Below are positions 52,150-64,000 of a DNA stretch of 64,000 nt, piece after piece. The DNA is from Camelus ferus. Taxonomy: Eukaryota. The position numbers and the translations under genes are program-made. Location of the stretch: positions 117,988,001-118,052,000 of the forward strand of contig NC_045697.1 in NCBI RefSeq assembly GCF_009834535.1, read 5' to 3'. A model generated the notes under the pieces. The model saw only the letters and a program-made list of their open reading frames with translations, had not been told where the DNA came from and searched no databases. Positions within the stretch are counted from its first letter, which is position 1. Each line of letters opens with the position of its first letter.

Positions 52150-53100
52150 GGGGTCCGGGGGCTGGAGGGCCCCTTCTCGCTGGCGGCACTGGAACGGCCT
52201 CCCAGTTCCTGAAGTGCGTGTTCCGTGGTGCCCAGACGGAGGGCACGCTTGCGGGGCAGGGAGCAGAGCCCAGCTTTCACGCCTACAGGAGGCGCGGAGT
52301 CAGAATCCTTGCGCTGGGAGGGCGGAGGGAGGATGCTGTAGTCACCGCCTCTTCACCCCACGGGTGCGGGGTGGCTGAACCCACAGCGCTGGCCCTGGGC
52401 GGAGGAAGGACGCCCGCCGCAGGTTGCGGTCACTTAAGCCCTCAGGGCAGGGAGGAGGCCCCGCACACTCCGGAGCGGAGGGGACCAACAGAGGCCGCGG
52501 GAGGACGGGACGCCCAGCTCCTTGGTAGGATGCGATCGGTTTGTTTGAAGGAATCTGCAGGCTGGCAGGAGCTGAGCCTGCTCCCCAGGGAGAAGCCCAG
52601 ACTGCATCCGGTCCCTTTGATGCGTTGGGTGGTTTGGCGGAGGCATATCTGCCGGAGCCGGTGGGGAGGGGCTGCAGTGAGACCACCCCAGGCCCTCCGG
52701 TATCAGTCCCCGCGGCACACAGTCCGGAGGCTGAGAGGGGGCTCCTGCCGGTCACGGTAAAGAGAGACTTGGGGGAAACCGCCCTCCTGCTGGCTTGTGT
52801 CTGTCCTCTGAAATCTTCAGGGACCCCCACTCCGGGGGCAACACAGGATTCCCAGAAAGTGAAATCAAAATGGTGCTGAGACAGCTCCCGGGTTGGCCGG
52901 GGTCATGATGGGGGGTGTCTGTGGGGACTGCGGTCACACTGACCCGTGATTGGTGACCTTGCTTTTCCAAGTCCGTAGTCTGCTTTCCAGTTTTGCCAGC
53001 ACCCAGAAGCTCAGAACCCAGTCTTGGGCCATTTGCTAAAGCAGATCCTGGTCAGCAGGCCTTTGACTCCCACCGCCAGGCCGTGCCGTGCACTTTTGTA
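52150..53100. other. GC- and CpG-rich (CpG-island-like) segment
   Basis: Visibly dense CpG and high GC against an AT-rich, CpG-poor background; composition not computed. Confidence 0.6.
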
Positions 53101-56100
53101 CCCACGTAGGACCATTGTTAGTTAAGTCAGCACAGACCGGCTACCTTTCCTATCTGTTTTTTGTTTTTTGGTTTTTTTTTGCTAGGTCAAATATTTTCAC
53201 TTCTTTTTTGGTAACTTTGCAGCTTACACAGCAGGAAGCAAATCTTTTAGAAAATGAATTACCCAAATTTTTCCATTTTGGATTTTCACCGAATTTACTT
53301 GAAGTCAGATTTTATTCTTCAATGGAGTTTTAAGCTTTCAAATATGCATCTCTGGCCCCGTGTTGGAAAACTGTCTTCCAAGAACACCACTCACGTTTCC
53401 TGGAAATGGATCTGTGATTGCTTTGAAGCAAACAAGAAGGAAAATGCACCGCAGAACATGACTCTGATTGTTAGTCTTATCAAAAATGTTCGGATAGACG
53501 GAGAGAAGGTGCACAGACTTAAGGTCAGAATAATATTTCATGCAGATTCATTTCAAAAATATTCTAGAAAAGCCTACAGGTGTCTCCAGGCTGTAGATAA
53601 TACCTTCGAATGTATTGAATAGCAGATGGAGAAGGAGGAAGAGATGGATAGAGAAAGTAGCCATTCTAAAGCACTGATGTCAGAGAAAGTTCAGCTTAGA
53701 GTCAGAAAACAATGTGGGTTTTCTGGTGCCTCTTTTTACTCTTTTACCTCTTGAGGTAAAGCCATTATTTACCTTTTCTGCCTATTTGCCAAGGAGACTT
53801 TTTCACATTTATTTGACTCATTGGCTTTTTTTTAAAACTTCTCAGAAACTCTGAAGTGGTGACCTCTGTGGTGGAGAGCTGACCCACTGTGTAATTACTT
53901 GATCTATTTTGACCTTTCCTCCAGTTCTTTCCTGAGGATGTGGTGAGGATGTGCTGTTTAGAGCTCCCAACCTCTCGTCCGTCTCTGCGTGGTGATGGTA
54001 CCTCATGTGGCCTCAGGTGCTGCCCCCTGTCCTGCGCTCACACTGTGAATCACTGACATTGCATAACCCCCTTGCATGTCTGTTTTATTTGTCTTACACT
54101 AGTCTGTGAATTATAGCATAGTGCTAAACCGGCTCTTTTTGTCCCATTTGTACATTTTAGCATTAAGTGCCTGGAGCAAGGAGTTAAAGCAGATGGTCCA
54201 AGACCCCCTGACTCCCTTTTATGGATGGTGGGTGTGCTCCTGGGAGACAGAGAAGCAGGTGGCTGATGCTCTCTAATCTTCTAGTCAACATGGCCTCTGT
54301 GTAAGAAGCTAATGTTATTTGCTGGAAAGAAAATATCTTGACTCTGAACTGCCTCTTGCAAGACTCCCGTAGCCAAGGGTTTCCTAGAAAACTAGAACCC
54401 AGGAACCAGAATACATAGTTTCCTGAGTAACGTAGGCAACACCACTCCTGGAGTTATTACTCATTCTAAAAGTTCCAGCTAAATGAGAAGCCCCAAGAAA
54501 CTCACTTAGAGAATTCATCTATACTGAGCCAGAATCTGGGAGTTGCCATTGACGGCCCAGATGTCTCTCTGTTGATGTCTGAGCTGTGTGCTTGCCAGCA
54601 TCCTTGGAATCACCTAGTAAGTTTTGATACTAGGTACAATCTCTGATTCCTGTGAGTCTGCTTTGACAAGCAGGTTCTGTAGGTTAGTTCCATACCCTTG
54701 GCTATTCCATTAAAGACGGCAGCAGACACGGCCTACAAGGAGGTGCACTCAGGGTTTCTCGGAGTCTTGTGTAGGGACTAGAATGTGTTTCATCGGCATC
54801 TCGTAAGATCCTGGCTGTTTAATATGTATGGCTTCTGTATCCACCTTCTGAATGTATAATGTTGGAGAGCAGTTTGTTAAAATGGGACTCTTACGGCCTC
54901 ATTGTTGAATGAGGCATATAGATAACCAACAAAATCATCATGGCGGGTGTCACTGCATTCCAAAATGATGCACTGGACCTGCAGAGAAGACTTGAAAAAG
55001 AGGTGAAGAAACCTGGCTGGGGACCTTTGACCTATCTCTGATTAAGAGGACATCAGTTTGGAGTTGAATGGCTGAGGAAATTGGAGATCAAATCTTTCTT
55101 TAGAGAGTATTGAGTACTGTGAATTCCCATGGGAAAGGAAATAAGTCTTCTCTAGCTCAAGCCTTGTGGGAGGCTTTGCAGAGACTAGGCAGAGTCTGGG
55201 CACCCACTGCAGAGGCCCGAAGCCACAGAGGATTGGGAGAGAGATTGGCTGGGTGGTCAGAAGTCACATCAGAAATGTCTCAGACCACACGTAACCTGGG
55301 TGCAGACAGAGAGCTTGCTTGTGGCCACGTGCACCTTCCAAAGGGTTGACTGGAGTTATGAGGTCAGTCGGGGTGGATGCCATTGGAGTCGGGGGTCTGA
55401 AGAGAGAAGCACCCCTAGCAAATCAGAGGAAATCATGTCTCCTGTGACGCAGGAATTGCCCTCACATGTTGGATGGGGAGTGGCCTTCAGAAGAACAGGG
55501 TTATTACACACAGCCTTCAGGTTCAAGTTGTGGCAACAGTGAGAAGTCCACACCAGCTCAGCGCCAGCCACATAAAATTCCCTGTCCCTTTAACCCTGCT
55601 CCTTATGAACTGAACCACTCCCCGGTTCTCCCCTCTTCCTGCCTCTCCACCCAAACAGGAGAGGTCAGGAGTGACAGACACCCTGGGTTACTTGTCGGTG
55701 AAGAGATAAAATCCTGGGAAGCAGAGAATTTGAACCTAAATTAAATTCTGACTTTTCCTTTTCCTTTTTTCATTGTAGGGCTTTTCCTATATTCATTAAT
55801 AAAACGGAGTTGAAGAGCCACAGTAGCTGGAGGTGACCAGGAGACTCTCACAGCTGCTGGGAGTGAGTGCGGAGCTGAGGGGCTGCCCTGTGCCCATCCA
55901 GGGGCCAGAGAGGAGCTGGTCCTGAGGATGGGTTTGGAGGAGCGGTGGTGATGGTACGGTCAGGTAGGTTGTCTGACCTTCAGAGGGTTGTTGCTTTTTT
56001 AACGTCACCAATCATGATATATTTGCTATAGTTTCCTTTTCACAATTTTTGGCAGTGTAGCTGTGATAAAAGGCAAATGAAATGTGAACGTATAAATGGG

Positions 56101-56149
56101 AGTACAGGAGGTGGGTGTATCTGAATAACTGCTTCTATTTGAAGGGCTC

Positions 56150-56449
56150 AAGGGCATGTCCCCAGCCCAGGATGGACCATGCAATGACCAGTAGATGCCG
56201 GCTGTGAACCTCTGGGTCTCTGGCTCCAGTCAGGACAGCTTGGAGTGGTCACCTCGGCCTTAGAGCTGGGCATGGGGCTGATGGAGGCTGTTACTGAAGC
56301 TGTGTGGTCCCCACCATCTCCCTCTGCCCACCTCCTTCCTCTCTGGCCATTCACAGGTGTTGATCTCAAGGATGCTTCCTCAGGTACCACCCACATCCTA
56401 ACCTCCATCCTTGTCTCAGAGTCAGCCTCCCAGGAACCCAGACTGTGAC
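56150..56449 (+). mobile_element. LTR33-like (ERVL) LTR, 3' part
   Basis: ttcacaggtgttgatctcaag...tgtctcagagtcagcctcccaggaacccagactgtgaca terminus. Confidence 0.7.
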
Positions 56450-57148
56450 AATAAACCTTGTGGTTTCTGCATTCAGGTCTAGCAAGAGGCATGTACTACT
56501 ATGACTTTTAGATGTGCTAAGTAACAATTTGACTAATTTTTCAGGATTACATTTATTTTCTTAAATGTTTCCAAATATAGTTTCTTTAAGGTCATGGAAG
56601 AAACACATTTTATTATGTTGTCATAAATTATTTTCTGAGGAAATATTTCAGAGAAAATTTAATACTGTATCATGTGAAATAAAAACATTTTTACTTTCAG
56701 CACCTTAAAAATACCTAATAATACATAAATCTAATGGAAAAGTTTTAATTTATAAATTTTAAAAAGGTTTAGTTTATAATTTATTGGTTCGCCAGTGACA
56801 AATCTGTGCTAATTTAAATTCCTTAAATATAGTTGTTCCCTTTGGAGTATATCTTTTCTTGTGATGACTTTAGACATCTTCCGAGAAGGCTACAAATCTA
56901 ATAGACATCTTCTCTTGCTTTCAAGATAATATAAGACATTTCTCTTTGTGTCTGTTGACTTATTTTTTGGCGTAAGTACACGTCTATTAATTTAAACCAT
57001 TTGATTTAACTTTCCATTAAGATGACAAGACATTTCAAGCTGATTGTAATTTTGAAATTTTAAAGATTCCTTCTTTAGTGTCCCAAGGTCACCATATAGA
57101 AAAATGGGGTTTTTTAAAACAATTTTTTTAAAATCAAAACTATTTAGC

Positions 57149-57306
57149 TTTTGTCTTTTTAAATTTATTTATTTTTATTTATTTTTTGGGGGGAGGGGGC
57201 AATTCAGGTTTTTTTTTTTTTTTTTTTAATAGAGGTACCAGGGATTGAACCCAAGACCTCGTGCGTGCTAAGCACATTCTCTACCACTGAGCTATACCCA
57301 CCCCCC
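57149..57306 (-). mobile_element. tRNA-Ala-derived SINE (Vic-1-like)
   Basis: gaggtaccagggattgaacccaagacctcgtgcgtgctaagcac...ctaccactgagctataccc plus T-rich tail. Confidence 0.92.
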
Positions 57307-58117
57307 GGAAAAACACAGAGGTTTTTTAAAAATAAGTTCTGATACTTACGGAAAGGAACAGTCTAGTTTCTAAGTAATTGCATTAATTACACATTTACTT
57401 TGTAGCTAATAAGAATTACATCAATATTAGAATAAACGTAGGTTCTTTGAATAACATCCACCAAAAAAAAAAACAGTGGCATCCCTGAGTGTTTCCCTGA
57501 CAAACACAGAGAATCCCCTCCGTGTTGGGTTTTATTGATCCCCGGAACAGTAGCTCCCCCTGAACTGAGAACCACAGCAGAATTAAGGAAAGATGTTTCC
57601 ATCCCAGAGACCAGACGTTTGGAGGGCAGCCACTGGAGTAGAAAATGCGAGCCTGGCCAAATACTTTCCTTCTTATTGGATTCCCGACTATTCCTGACTT
57701 TCATCAGCGAGCGAGTCATGACTGACAGCGCGTGTGCACATCCCCGGGGGCTGACGCCGGGAGGAGCTTCTCCAGGGGTCCCCGCTGCTTTCCTTATGAA
57801 CACAGCCAGGGGAGGAAACTTCTGCCCCAGAAGCCGCAGAGGACGGGACAGAGGCCTCCAGGCTGCAGACTGCTTCCACCTGGGCAGCTAAGGGCACAAG
57901 CAGGTTCCAGGTCGGGGTCATGAGAAGAAAGTCACCCCAGAACTGCGTGATTCACTCGTAATCGTGAGAGTGTCGTGGGAGACAGAGGACCAGGAGAGGC
58001 CCGCAGCCCGGGCTCCAGTCCCAGCTCAGGCCCTTCCTAGCTGTCACGCTGGGCAGGTCACCCGAAGCCTCCCAGCTCAGGTTTTCTTTTGGCAGTTGAG
58101 GGCCTGTGCTATAAATC

Positions 58118-58230
58118 TGTGTTGTGAGATTAGTGGACATTTCAAGGACAGCTGGATTTTTATGTGAAATCATCCCGTTTTAAATGCTCTATTTAATTTA
58201 ATTTTTTAACTGTAAAGACTGAAGGGGAAA
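58118..58230 (+). mobile_element. MER103-like hAT fragment
   Basis: ctggatttttatgtgaaatcatcccgttttaaatg matches recalled MER103. Confidence 0.55.
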
Positions 58231-58319
58231 AAAAGGCGCTAGATGAGACTTGTCCTCTAGGACAGAACAAGCACCAGTCCGCCTTTCTTCTGCAGACTTT
58301 CTTGTTCAGCTTCTCAGCA

Positions 58320-58800
58320 ACAGTCCCCTTTCAACCCCTCTTTTTCTCTGTTTTTCAGCCCTTACGCACCACACAGTCCGATTTGGGCTTCTGCTCCGTC
58401 CCCCGGTGAAGAGGATGTCCGTTAAGCCCCTCGGGAAGCCATGTCACTAGACACAGCGGGTATTTTTCAGTCTGCATTTTCCTTGACCTCTGTGGAGTGC
58501 CAGCAAACCTCAGGCAGCCCTTCCTTCTTGAAACCCGCTTGCTTCCCTTGAGATCTCTGACCCAATGTCTGCCAATTTTCCTTTTAACTTTCAGCCCCTC
58601 TGTCTCCTTTAAGCTTTTTATGTGGAATTGCTGTTGATCCACTGTCAGCTGTCCTCTGGTCCTGCTTCTGCGCAATCCTGGCCCCTGCCCCCTGAGTCTG
58701 GGGTTGGACCACTGCCCGTGGCGGCTGAGTGCACTTGGGGCCGGGCTGGTGCCCAGGGACAGATGGCTTCACCAGGATTCTGGGCCTCCATATCTTTGCT
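58320..58800 (+). mobile_element. L2 internal (RT-region) fragment
   Basis: ttttcagtctgcattttccttgacctct...ccttccttcttgaaac...cttcccttgagatctctgac, typical of L2. Confidence 0.6.
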
Positions 58801-59748
58801 GAGCTCTCTGAGCAGCGCCCTCCACATCTTTGAAACTGGTTATTTTATTTCTCTTGCCAGTCCCACTTAAGTCTGCAGCTTCTTGGGGTGCAAATCAGAC
58901 AACAGCTTTCTGAGTGTTTCCTTCGTAACTGAGGGTCCAAGACTTTGCCCATCTGCTTACCCATCCAAGCCCATGACACAGGGGAGCAGGGACCAGGGCA
59001 CTGGCTGTGGAGGAGCCCCGTTTCTGGGTGCAGGGGTGGGAGTTCTGACAGTAGCATCCAAGGTCAGGCTTTGGTGAGAGGGTTTGGGGGCTTGTGGGCA
59101 AATGTGTCCTGGTGGCAACAGGGGGTCTCCAGGGGAACTCTTCCTCCAGTGAATCTGGGACCTTTGAGCTTGTGGTTTGCTGGGAAGAGTCCAGACCTTC
59201 CTGGAACAGCGATGAGCTAACGAACAGCTCTTAGTATTTAGATCCCTTTTCTGCTAAAAGAGCGAAAGTGGTTTTGCTCCAGGAAGCCGCCCTTCCTCTC
59301 GGGTCTGATGGGACTCTTCCTGCCTGGTTTGATGGACCTCGAATAACCCTGCCTAAAACTGTAAACTCGAAGGGAAAGAAGATTCTCCCAGTGACACCGC
59401 ATCCCTGAAACCATCCCAGCATCTTCAAATCTATGCCTGGAATCAGTGCCCCGGGGTTGGTGTAGAAAGGAAAACGTAGAGTGACAAAGCTTGCACCTTA
59501 AGGGCTGTGCAGATTTGCTAACTTATACAGCAAGAGCCTAGACTGTGTGTGGGAGGAAGGTCTGTGGATATTAGGTCAAAAAGAGGGAAACTTAATCTTA
59601 AACTAGGCTGAATTCACTGATGTAGGCGCACATGCTGGTAGCTGGGAGTGGCTCTAATCGTTTGCATTGTCCATGCGTTGAAGTCCGGACTCGGCGACCA
59701 ATGCCAGAATAATTTGAGGTGCCCCAAATACCTGGCATAACCTAGACT

Positions 59749-59973
59749 AGAGGTCAGCAAATTACAGCCCTGGGAGCCAAACCTGGTCACTGCCTTGTTT
59801 TTGTGTTTTATTTATATTCTTTTTATAGCCATGAGCTAAGATTGGTTTGTCTGTTTTTAAATGATTTCACTGGAAATGGTTATATAAATAAATATCCACG
59901 TTGTTCCTTGATTTTGCCTCTTAGTCTAAAACATCTACCATCTTGCCTTTTAAGGAGAAGCTTGCTGTTCCCT
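59749..59973. mobile_element. MER58-like hAT MITE
   Basis: agaggtcagcaaattacagccc...ccaaacctggtcactgcc...tgagctaaga...tcttgccttttaaggagaagcttgctgttccct. Confidence 0.7.
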
Positions 59974-60578
59974 CATCCGGGCTCCAGAGGAAGGGTCCCA
60001 AGCTCGTGGAGATGGGAATGGGGGACTGGCTTTGTCCTGTGCCCCCTAATTACTTCCTGCCACATTGTCCCCAGAGGGACTGACTTTCTTTCCCCTGTGA
60101 TTAGCGTGGCTCCTGTCTGTGTAGTGGGGCAGAGAGGGCTGGGTCTAGAACACAGGGGGCCCGTGAGCCTATGTCCAACGGTAAAACAAATGAATACAAG
60201 GTTATAGCCTGAAGGTGGGACCTCTGCACTCATCTGGGTTATCCCCCTGGGTCAAGAAGTCTGATCTATTGACAGCCAGCTGAAGGCAAAGACAACATGG
60301 TGTAGAAAAGGAAGGAGAAGTGATTAAAAGTCTAAAGGCAGCCTTGTGACTACTTGCAGTGTCTGTGTATTCTCTGCTTTCGTGTGTCAGGTTCACACCT
60401 GAATGTCCCAATGTCTCCCCTCCGTTCTCTTCCTCTTTATTCTTTATACGCATAGGGTATTTTGATGGCAGGAAATGTTACATCCTGACCCACAGTTTAC
60501 AGAATATTAGGCAATAAGAGAGGCTCGTGGTGGAACTGGAACAGAAATGGCATCCTTCAGAGATGCTGGACTTGGTTC

Positions 60579-60868
60579 TGTTTCCGAGTCCAAACTCGTT
60601 CTGCTCGCTTCACGACAGGCCAATAAATCAGGAGACGAGGTGTGGGGGCAAGGAATAGCAACCTTATTTGGAAAGCTGGCAGACCGAGAGGATGGCAGAC
60701 TGATGCCTAGGAGAGCCATCCTCCCCAAGTCAAAATACAGGCTCCTTTTATACAAAAAAAGGGGGAGGGGCTGTGGTTGATTGTTGCAAACTTCTTGGTG
60801 GAGGAGACCTTTGTTCTTGCAGCCGTCCACTTGGGCCAGCTCTTGGTGCTCCTGTAAAACCTCCAACA
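60579..60868 (-). mobile_element. ERV1-class solo LTR, 290 bp
   Basis: TG...CA termini with perfect 4-bp TSD gttc (60575-60578 / 60869-60872); TATAAAA on the minus strand near 60746-60752. Confidence 0.88.
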
Positions 60869-61559
60869 GTTCTACCCGCTGCATTGATGAGATTTTTGTA
60901 CTGACTCCCTTTGGGGAGTTTTCACTTCCTGAGTGATGGCTGAATTATACTGGGAGGAATGTATTTGTTCTGGTTGTTTGCATATTTCAGTAAGAAAGAA
61001 ACTTGCTTACAGGAAGGTGTAGACACTTGTGGGTGTAAGTTACTTCGGCACTTCCGAGCACTCTACGTTAGGGTATTTCTTAATTTAGAAGCCTGTTCCT
61101 CCACAAAGTCAAAGCCACAGATTCACTCCCCCACAACCCTGCTCCATCGCTGGAGGGTAGGCGTGTTTCCTGACTCTGCAAACCCACACGACCCGCTGGA
61201 GACTTGACTTTGGAAGCTAGTGATGTGGATAAAGGGGTGACGTGGGCTCTATCATGATGAGGTCCAGCAGTTACACCACGGCTCTAGAAGTTGCAGGGGT
61301 CCTACCTATAGCATCCTGCATTCAGTGTCCAAAGTGCGAGATGCGGTTTTGTGTGGCTGGTCCTGGTGGTGGGGGCAGGGGTGTACCCAGGAGAACATCT
61401 CCGCCCTCCTGGAGCGTCTGTGAACTGTTTTTTAATTTTTTTAATAGCATCTTTTCTTGTTAAAGCAGTCAGAGTCAGGCATGCTTTTTTTTTTTTTTTT
61501 TTTTTTTTTTTGCATTTAAGAACGCTGACTCTTGCGTCATATTTTCTATAACATCTCAA

Positions 61560-62000
61560 CCATCAATTAGCTTTTGCAGTGTAACCAGCCAGTCCCCAAA
61601 CCTGGTGTCTTAAAAGAGCAATAATTTCTTAACTCATTATTCTGTGAGTCTGAATTTTCCTCTAGTCTTACCTCTGTGCCTGCCACCACCTGGCTGGCCA
61701 CTGACGCCCTCACTCACGTGACCCGTGCCCGGTGCTGGTTGTCACGGTGCTGGCTGTCAACAGGTGGTGTGCTTGCCGTGGGTCCTCTTGAGGCTTCATC
61801 CCACGTGAAAGGTGCAAGCAATTTTCAAGCTTCTGCTTGTGTTGCATTTGGTAATGTCCCATAAGGCAACGCAAATCACATGGCCAAACCCAGATTTAAT
61901 GGGTAAAGAAACAGAACCTGCCTCTCACAAAGTCACATTGTAAACGGTGCACAGATACAGATGGAAGAATTTGCAGCCTGTTTTGCAGTCTTGCTCACCA
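61560..62000 (-). mobile_element. MaLR LTR (MLT1H/J-like)
   Basis: ccccaaacctggtgtcttaaaa...gtgcaagcaattttcaagcttctgcttg...gcaaatcacatggccaaacccaga...aaagtcacattg. Confidence 0.75.
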
Positions 62001-64000
62001 ACATGAAATTTTTTTTTGCATGTTTCACTTAACTCCCAGAATTTTGAGTGAACTCTCTCAGAACCGTCTACACCTCTGAGCATGCTATTTCTTCTGCCAG
62101 ATTACAGATTCTCCTTAGTCTTCCTGGAGAAATGCCAACGCAGTCTTGTTTCACAGTTTTAAGACTCCATTTCTTCATGAAATAATGAATGAATTTTTTT
62201 TTCAATCTCAATTTCCATTAAAAGTTGTGGATTTCTTTCTTACAGTTCGTATTCCGTTGCACTCCATCATGAAAGGTCCATTTGACAACAGTCACCTAGA
62301 GGGTGGAGACTTCCTAGGGTCCAGCACAGTGGTTAGCAGATGGTAGCTACTCATTAGCTGAACTGCTTACTAAGTGAGGCGAACACCCACGTGGTTGCGT
62401 TCCTTTCCCGTGGAGTTGGCTGGCAGTGACCTGTGTCCTGGTGAGTCTGTCGGCAGAACTGAAGGGCCTGTAGGTTTCTGGGGAATCCCTCCATGCTGAG
62501 GCCATTGTAGCCCCCAGATGCTTAGACCTTCACTGTGTTGCTCACAATGTGACCAGTAACCAAATTGATGCGCTAGAGATTTTTACTCTGGAACATTTCT
62601 GAGGTGTGTTCCAATCACTGTAATAACCCCTGCCCCTCCTTCTTTCTCACACATGAAAAGAGAATCTAAAAGTCCGTCCCATTGGCATACCCCAGCCCAG
62701 AACATTGGGATAGTCACGGCTTAAACTGACTCTGTCTTCCACCCAGATGGATTTCAACGTTTCATAGTTTACCTCTTTTAGAGAAGGGAGAAACAGATCA
62801 TCCATTTCATCCAATTCATTTCTTATAATAAGCAGGACAGCATGCTCCTAAGCTGTATAATTTACTCTTTATCCTTTCCCTGAACTTGTTGAAGTGGGAG
62901 AAATACCACCCTTTCCAAAGAATGAATAAAAATAAGATTGCAGCACATAGCGTGGCGTCTCTCTTACCCCAAACAAAGGTGAGAAACCTTTCAGAACCCA
63001 GAGGGCTGTTTAGGGACTTTCCCATTCACCTAGAGCAGCTAAAATGTTTTGTTTTGTTTTGTTTTTCCCTTTTCCCTTCCCTCCACTTTCTCCCAAATCC
63101 AAGCCAAAGCAGACAGTCATGGACAGGGAAGAGCTAGCTCCTTTCCTGACCCTCTTGGTGGGGGAGGATGAAAACCGCTCAGCTTGGAGCCCTTGGCAGC
63201 TGCCGTGTTGGCAACGCTTGGGGAGATTTTGAACAAAACGTCTGGCTGCTGAAAGTTTTTGGATTTGGGGTTTGATGTTATCAAAAAAATTCATCTGGTC
63301 AGACGCAGGGACGCATTGTTTAATCTAGCAGGAATGCGAGCAGGTTGCCCCGCACAGAGCTGTTCGGTGTGCTTGGTCTTTTTTTGTGGTCAAGTCTACA
63401 GCAGTTGCTCTGTGTAATTCGAGAAGGGTCTGTCTGGGGACGGAGTTCTCCAACACATTTCAGTGGAGTCTGTTTCAACCCTCAGGCAGAGTCTAAAGAG
63501 ATTTCTCAAATGAATGAAACAGCGGTTAAGTTTCCTGGTTTCTTCTGCAAAGTCTGAATTGTTACCCCCTCTTAAACTAATCCTCCTTCCTCATAAGATT
63601 TCAGCTATTTAGTTCAGGAATTATTTTCACACACATCCCAAATGGTCTTAATACAGAGATTCATTTATTTTACTCAGGCAAAGTCCTTTCATTGGTTGCA
63701 AAAATACTATTTGTAATAATAAGCTATTTTTGATCCAAATTGACCAATTTTTTAATACCTGTTCTATTTAACTGTATCACTTTAATTCTTGATAAAGATA
63801 TAATATAGAACTCACCAATTTAATACATAATATCTTGAAATGTTTTAATATAAAGATTATAGTGATTTGGACAAACATCTCTTCTAAAACTCTGAAACTC
63901 ATCTTAATTTTCGAGTCTTTAAATGAGAGAAACGTTACTAACCATATTTAAAGGGGAAATATCTTGCCAGGATGAGTATGTCTTCAGACATAATATGTGG

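Noticed and set aside
52106..52970. Overlapping ORFs up to 180 aa on both strands
   Set aside because: Low-complexity Arg/Gly/Pro/Ala translations typical of GC-rich non-coding DNA.
53223..53523. Possible 301-nt exon (ttgcAG ... AAG/GTCAGA)
   Set aside because: Mediocre donor and no recognisable coding content.
54660..55030. Possible CR1/L3 RT remnant
   Set aside because: Only faint motif resemblance; cannot be supported without a profile search.
1..64000. A novel multi-gene system, CRISPR array or prokaryote-style operon
   Set aside because: The sequence is mammalian repeat-rich non-coding DNA. I saw no regularly spaced repeat array and no intact gene cluster.

Overview
This is mammalian nuclear DNA, most likely camelid (alpaca, llama or camel). 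The basis is eight copies of a tRNA-Ala(AGC)-derived SINE with the Vic-1-type layout, plus cetartiodactyl-type L1 3' ends. No protein-coding gene can be supported: the only recognisable peptides in the ORF track are decayed L1 ORF1/ORF2 pieces and a hAT-Charlie transposase remnant. The window reads as intronic or intergenic DNA containing L1, L2, MIR, MaLR/ERV LTRs, hAT DNA transposons, microsatellites and one 3'-truncated U6 retrocopy. I found no evidence for a novel multi-gene system. The most notable observations are: (i) an ancient L2 copy that appears rewritten toward G/C, plus two other GC/CpG patches, suggesting GC-biased gene conversion; (ii) unusual retrotransposition products, namely two 5'-inverted L1s, two internally deleted L1s, a U6 fragment with target-site duplications (TSDs) and a SINE with an extra 3' segment; (iii) a perfect 22-bp palindrome; (iv) tandem STAT5-type sites; (v) a few small candidate plus-strand exons. 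Repeat family names come from recalled consensus sequences, not from a search. Boundaries of old repeats are approximate.
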